Assembly (NCBI GenBank): GCA_048887225.1
Contig: JBHLJY010000037.1
Coordinates: 1-16,273, forward strand
DNA from: Candidatus Hodarchaeota archaeon
GTDB taxonomy: Archaea > Asgardarchaeota > Lokiarchaeia > Sigyniarchaeales > SOKP01
Reading direction: 5' to 3'
Length of the DNA stretch: 16,273 nucleotides
Part shown: positions 15,458 through 16,273 of the stretch, in pieces
Numbering within the stretch: position 1 is the first letter of the stretch
Layout of the letters: every line of letters starts with the position of its first letter
Made by a program: the position numbers and the translations under genes
The notes under the pieces: model-generated
What the model was told of the DNA's origin: nothing
What the model saw: only the letters and a program-made list of their open reading frames with translations
The model's database searches: none

Positions 15458-16273
15458 TTAGAGATTTTCTATAGCAGTATTTCGTCTTACTCGATGATTT
15501 TTAATCCCAATATCTTCAGCACTTACTCCCATAGCTAAAGCTAATAATTCCGTTATATAAAGAACAGGAATGTTATACTCTGTTTCATATTTCTTCGAAA
15601 GATCCCTTTGTGATGTGTCAAATCGTTGGAAGCAGGCGGGACAGTTTACAACAATTACATCAGCACCAACTTTTTTAATAGAATCTAATTTCTGCTTTAG
15701 AATTGCATCGCCATGTTCTGGATATGGCCCAGACACAGCATTTCCACAACATAGTGCTAACTCGTCATAATCAACTACATTAGCACCAGTGGCAGCAACA
15801 ATCTCCTTCAAATTTTCAGGACGCATTGGATCATCAATATCACCCATCCACTCAACAGGACGCATGTAATGGCACCCAGGATGAGCAGCGACTTTTAAAC
15901 TGCTCATTTGTTTAGTAATAACACCTTTTACTGCACCTAAGTTTTCTTTTAAAACATCAACAAAATGTTTTACATCAATAGTACCTTTATACTCCTTTCC
16001 AATTTTAGCTAATTCTTTATTGATAGCCTCCTTTTTATTGGAATCGTGCTTTAATTGGTATTTTACTCCACGAAGCGTATTAGCACATCCATTACAAAGT
16101 GAGATAATATCTTTACCTTCTGCTTCAGCTAAACATAGGTTTCGAGCGCCTAATGCAAGCCAAGCTGTAGTATCAAAGCATTTCACTCCAGTAGGGTCTG
16201 GACAACATGCAAAAGGAGCTTGTGATGTCTGGACTCCAATTTTATCAAGAACCTTTCTGGAAGATGCTTCTAT
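15458..16273 (-). CDS. hdrB: Heterodisulfide reductase subunit B (CCG domains), 5' end outside the window
   Basis: The frame is open to the window end (IEASSRKVLDKIG...FACCPDPTGVK). Motifs CCP, ARNL, LCNGC, HPGCHY.RP, LCCG, NCPACF..FD and IPVLYITELLALAMG are present. Confidence 0.93.
   Translation of the reverse strand: MEASSRKVLDKIGVQTSQAPFACCPDPTGVKCFDTTAWLALGARNLCLAEAEGKDIISLCNGCANTLRGVKYQLKHDSNKKEAINKELAKIGKEYKGTIDVKHFVDVLKENLGAVKGVITKQMSSLKVAAHPGCHYMRPVEWMGDIDDPMRPENLKEIVAATGANVVDYDELALCCGNAVSGPYPEHGDAILKQKLDSIKKVGADVIVVNCPACFQRFDTSQRDLSKKYETEYNIPVLYITELLALAMGVSAEDIGIKNHRVRRNTAIENL

Noticed and set aside
1018-15770. Short antisense ORFs in the track (1018-1218, 1600-1797, 2440-2640, 4235-4489, 9134-9316, 10027-10215, 11283-11504, 12102-12305, 13780-14112, 15570-15770)
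   Set aside because: All lie opposite better-supported genes and look like shadow ORFs.

Overview
AT-rich (visibly under about 30% GC), gene-dense archaeal chromosomal segment, most consistent with an Asgard archaeon of the Lokiarchaeia (inferred from gene content and a Loki-CTERM-like sorting peptide). Left to right it carries: the 3' end of a parallel beta-helix (NosD/CASH-type) surface protein, an unannotated 42-aa ORF resembling a detached C-terminal sorting signal, a 561-aa hypothetical protein, a YkgJ Cys-cluster protein, a PfkB nucleoside kinase, an Ogg2 8-oxoG glycosylase, small hypotheticals, a fused ADP-forming acyl-CoA synthetase with its BioD-like/DRTGG partner, a cyclophilin, a coiled-coil/HEAT protein with a small partner, an endonuclease V homolog, CooC, HypC, a 4-TM membrane protein and the 3' part of hdrB. 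I found no RNA gene, mobile element or CRISPR array. The two most unusual observations are the EndoV homolog, which has all metal-binding catalytic residues replaced and a new N-terminal zinc-finger-like motif, and the orphan sorting-signal micro-ORF downstream of an anchorless beta-helix protein. All family assignments come from motif recognition by eye, not database searches.
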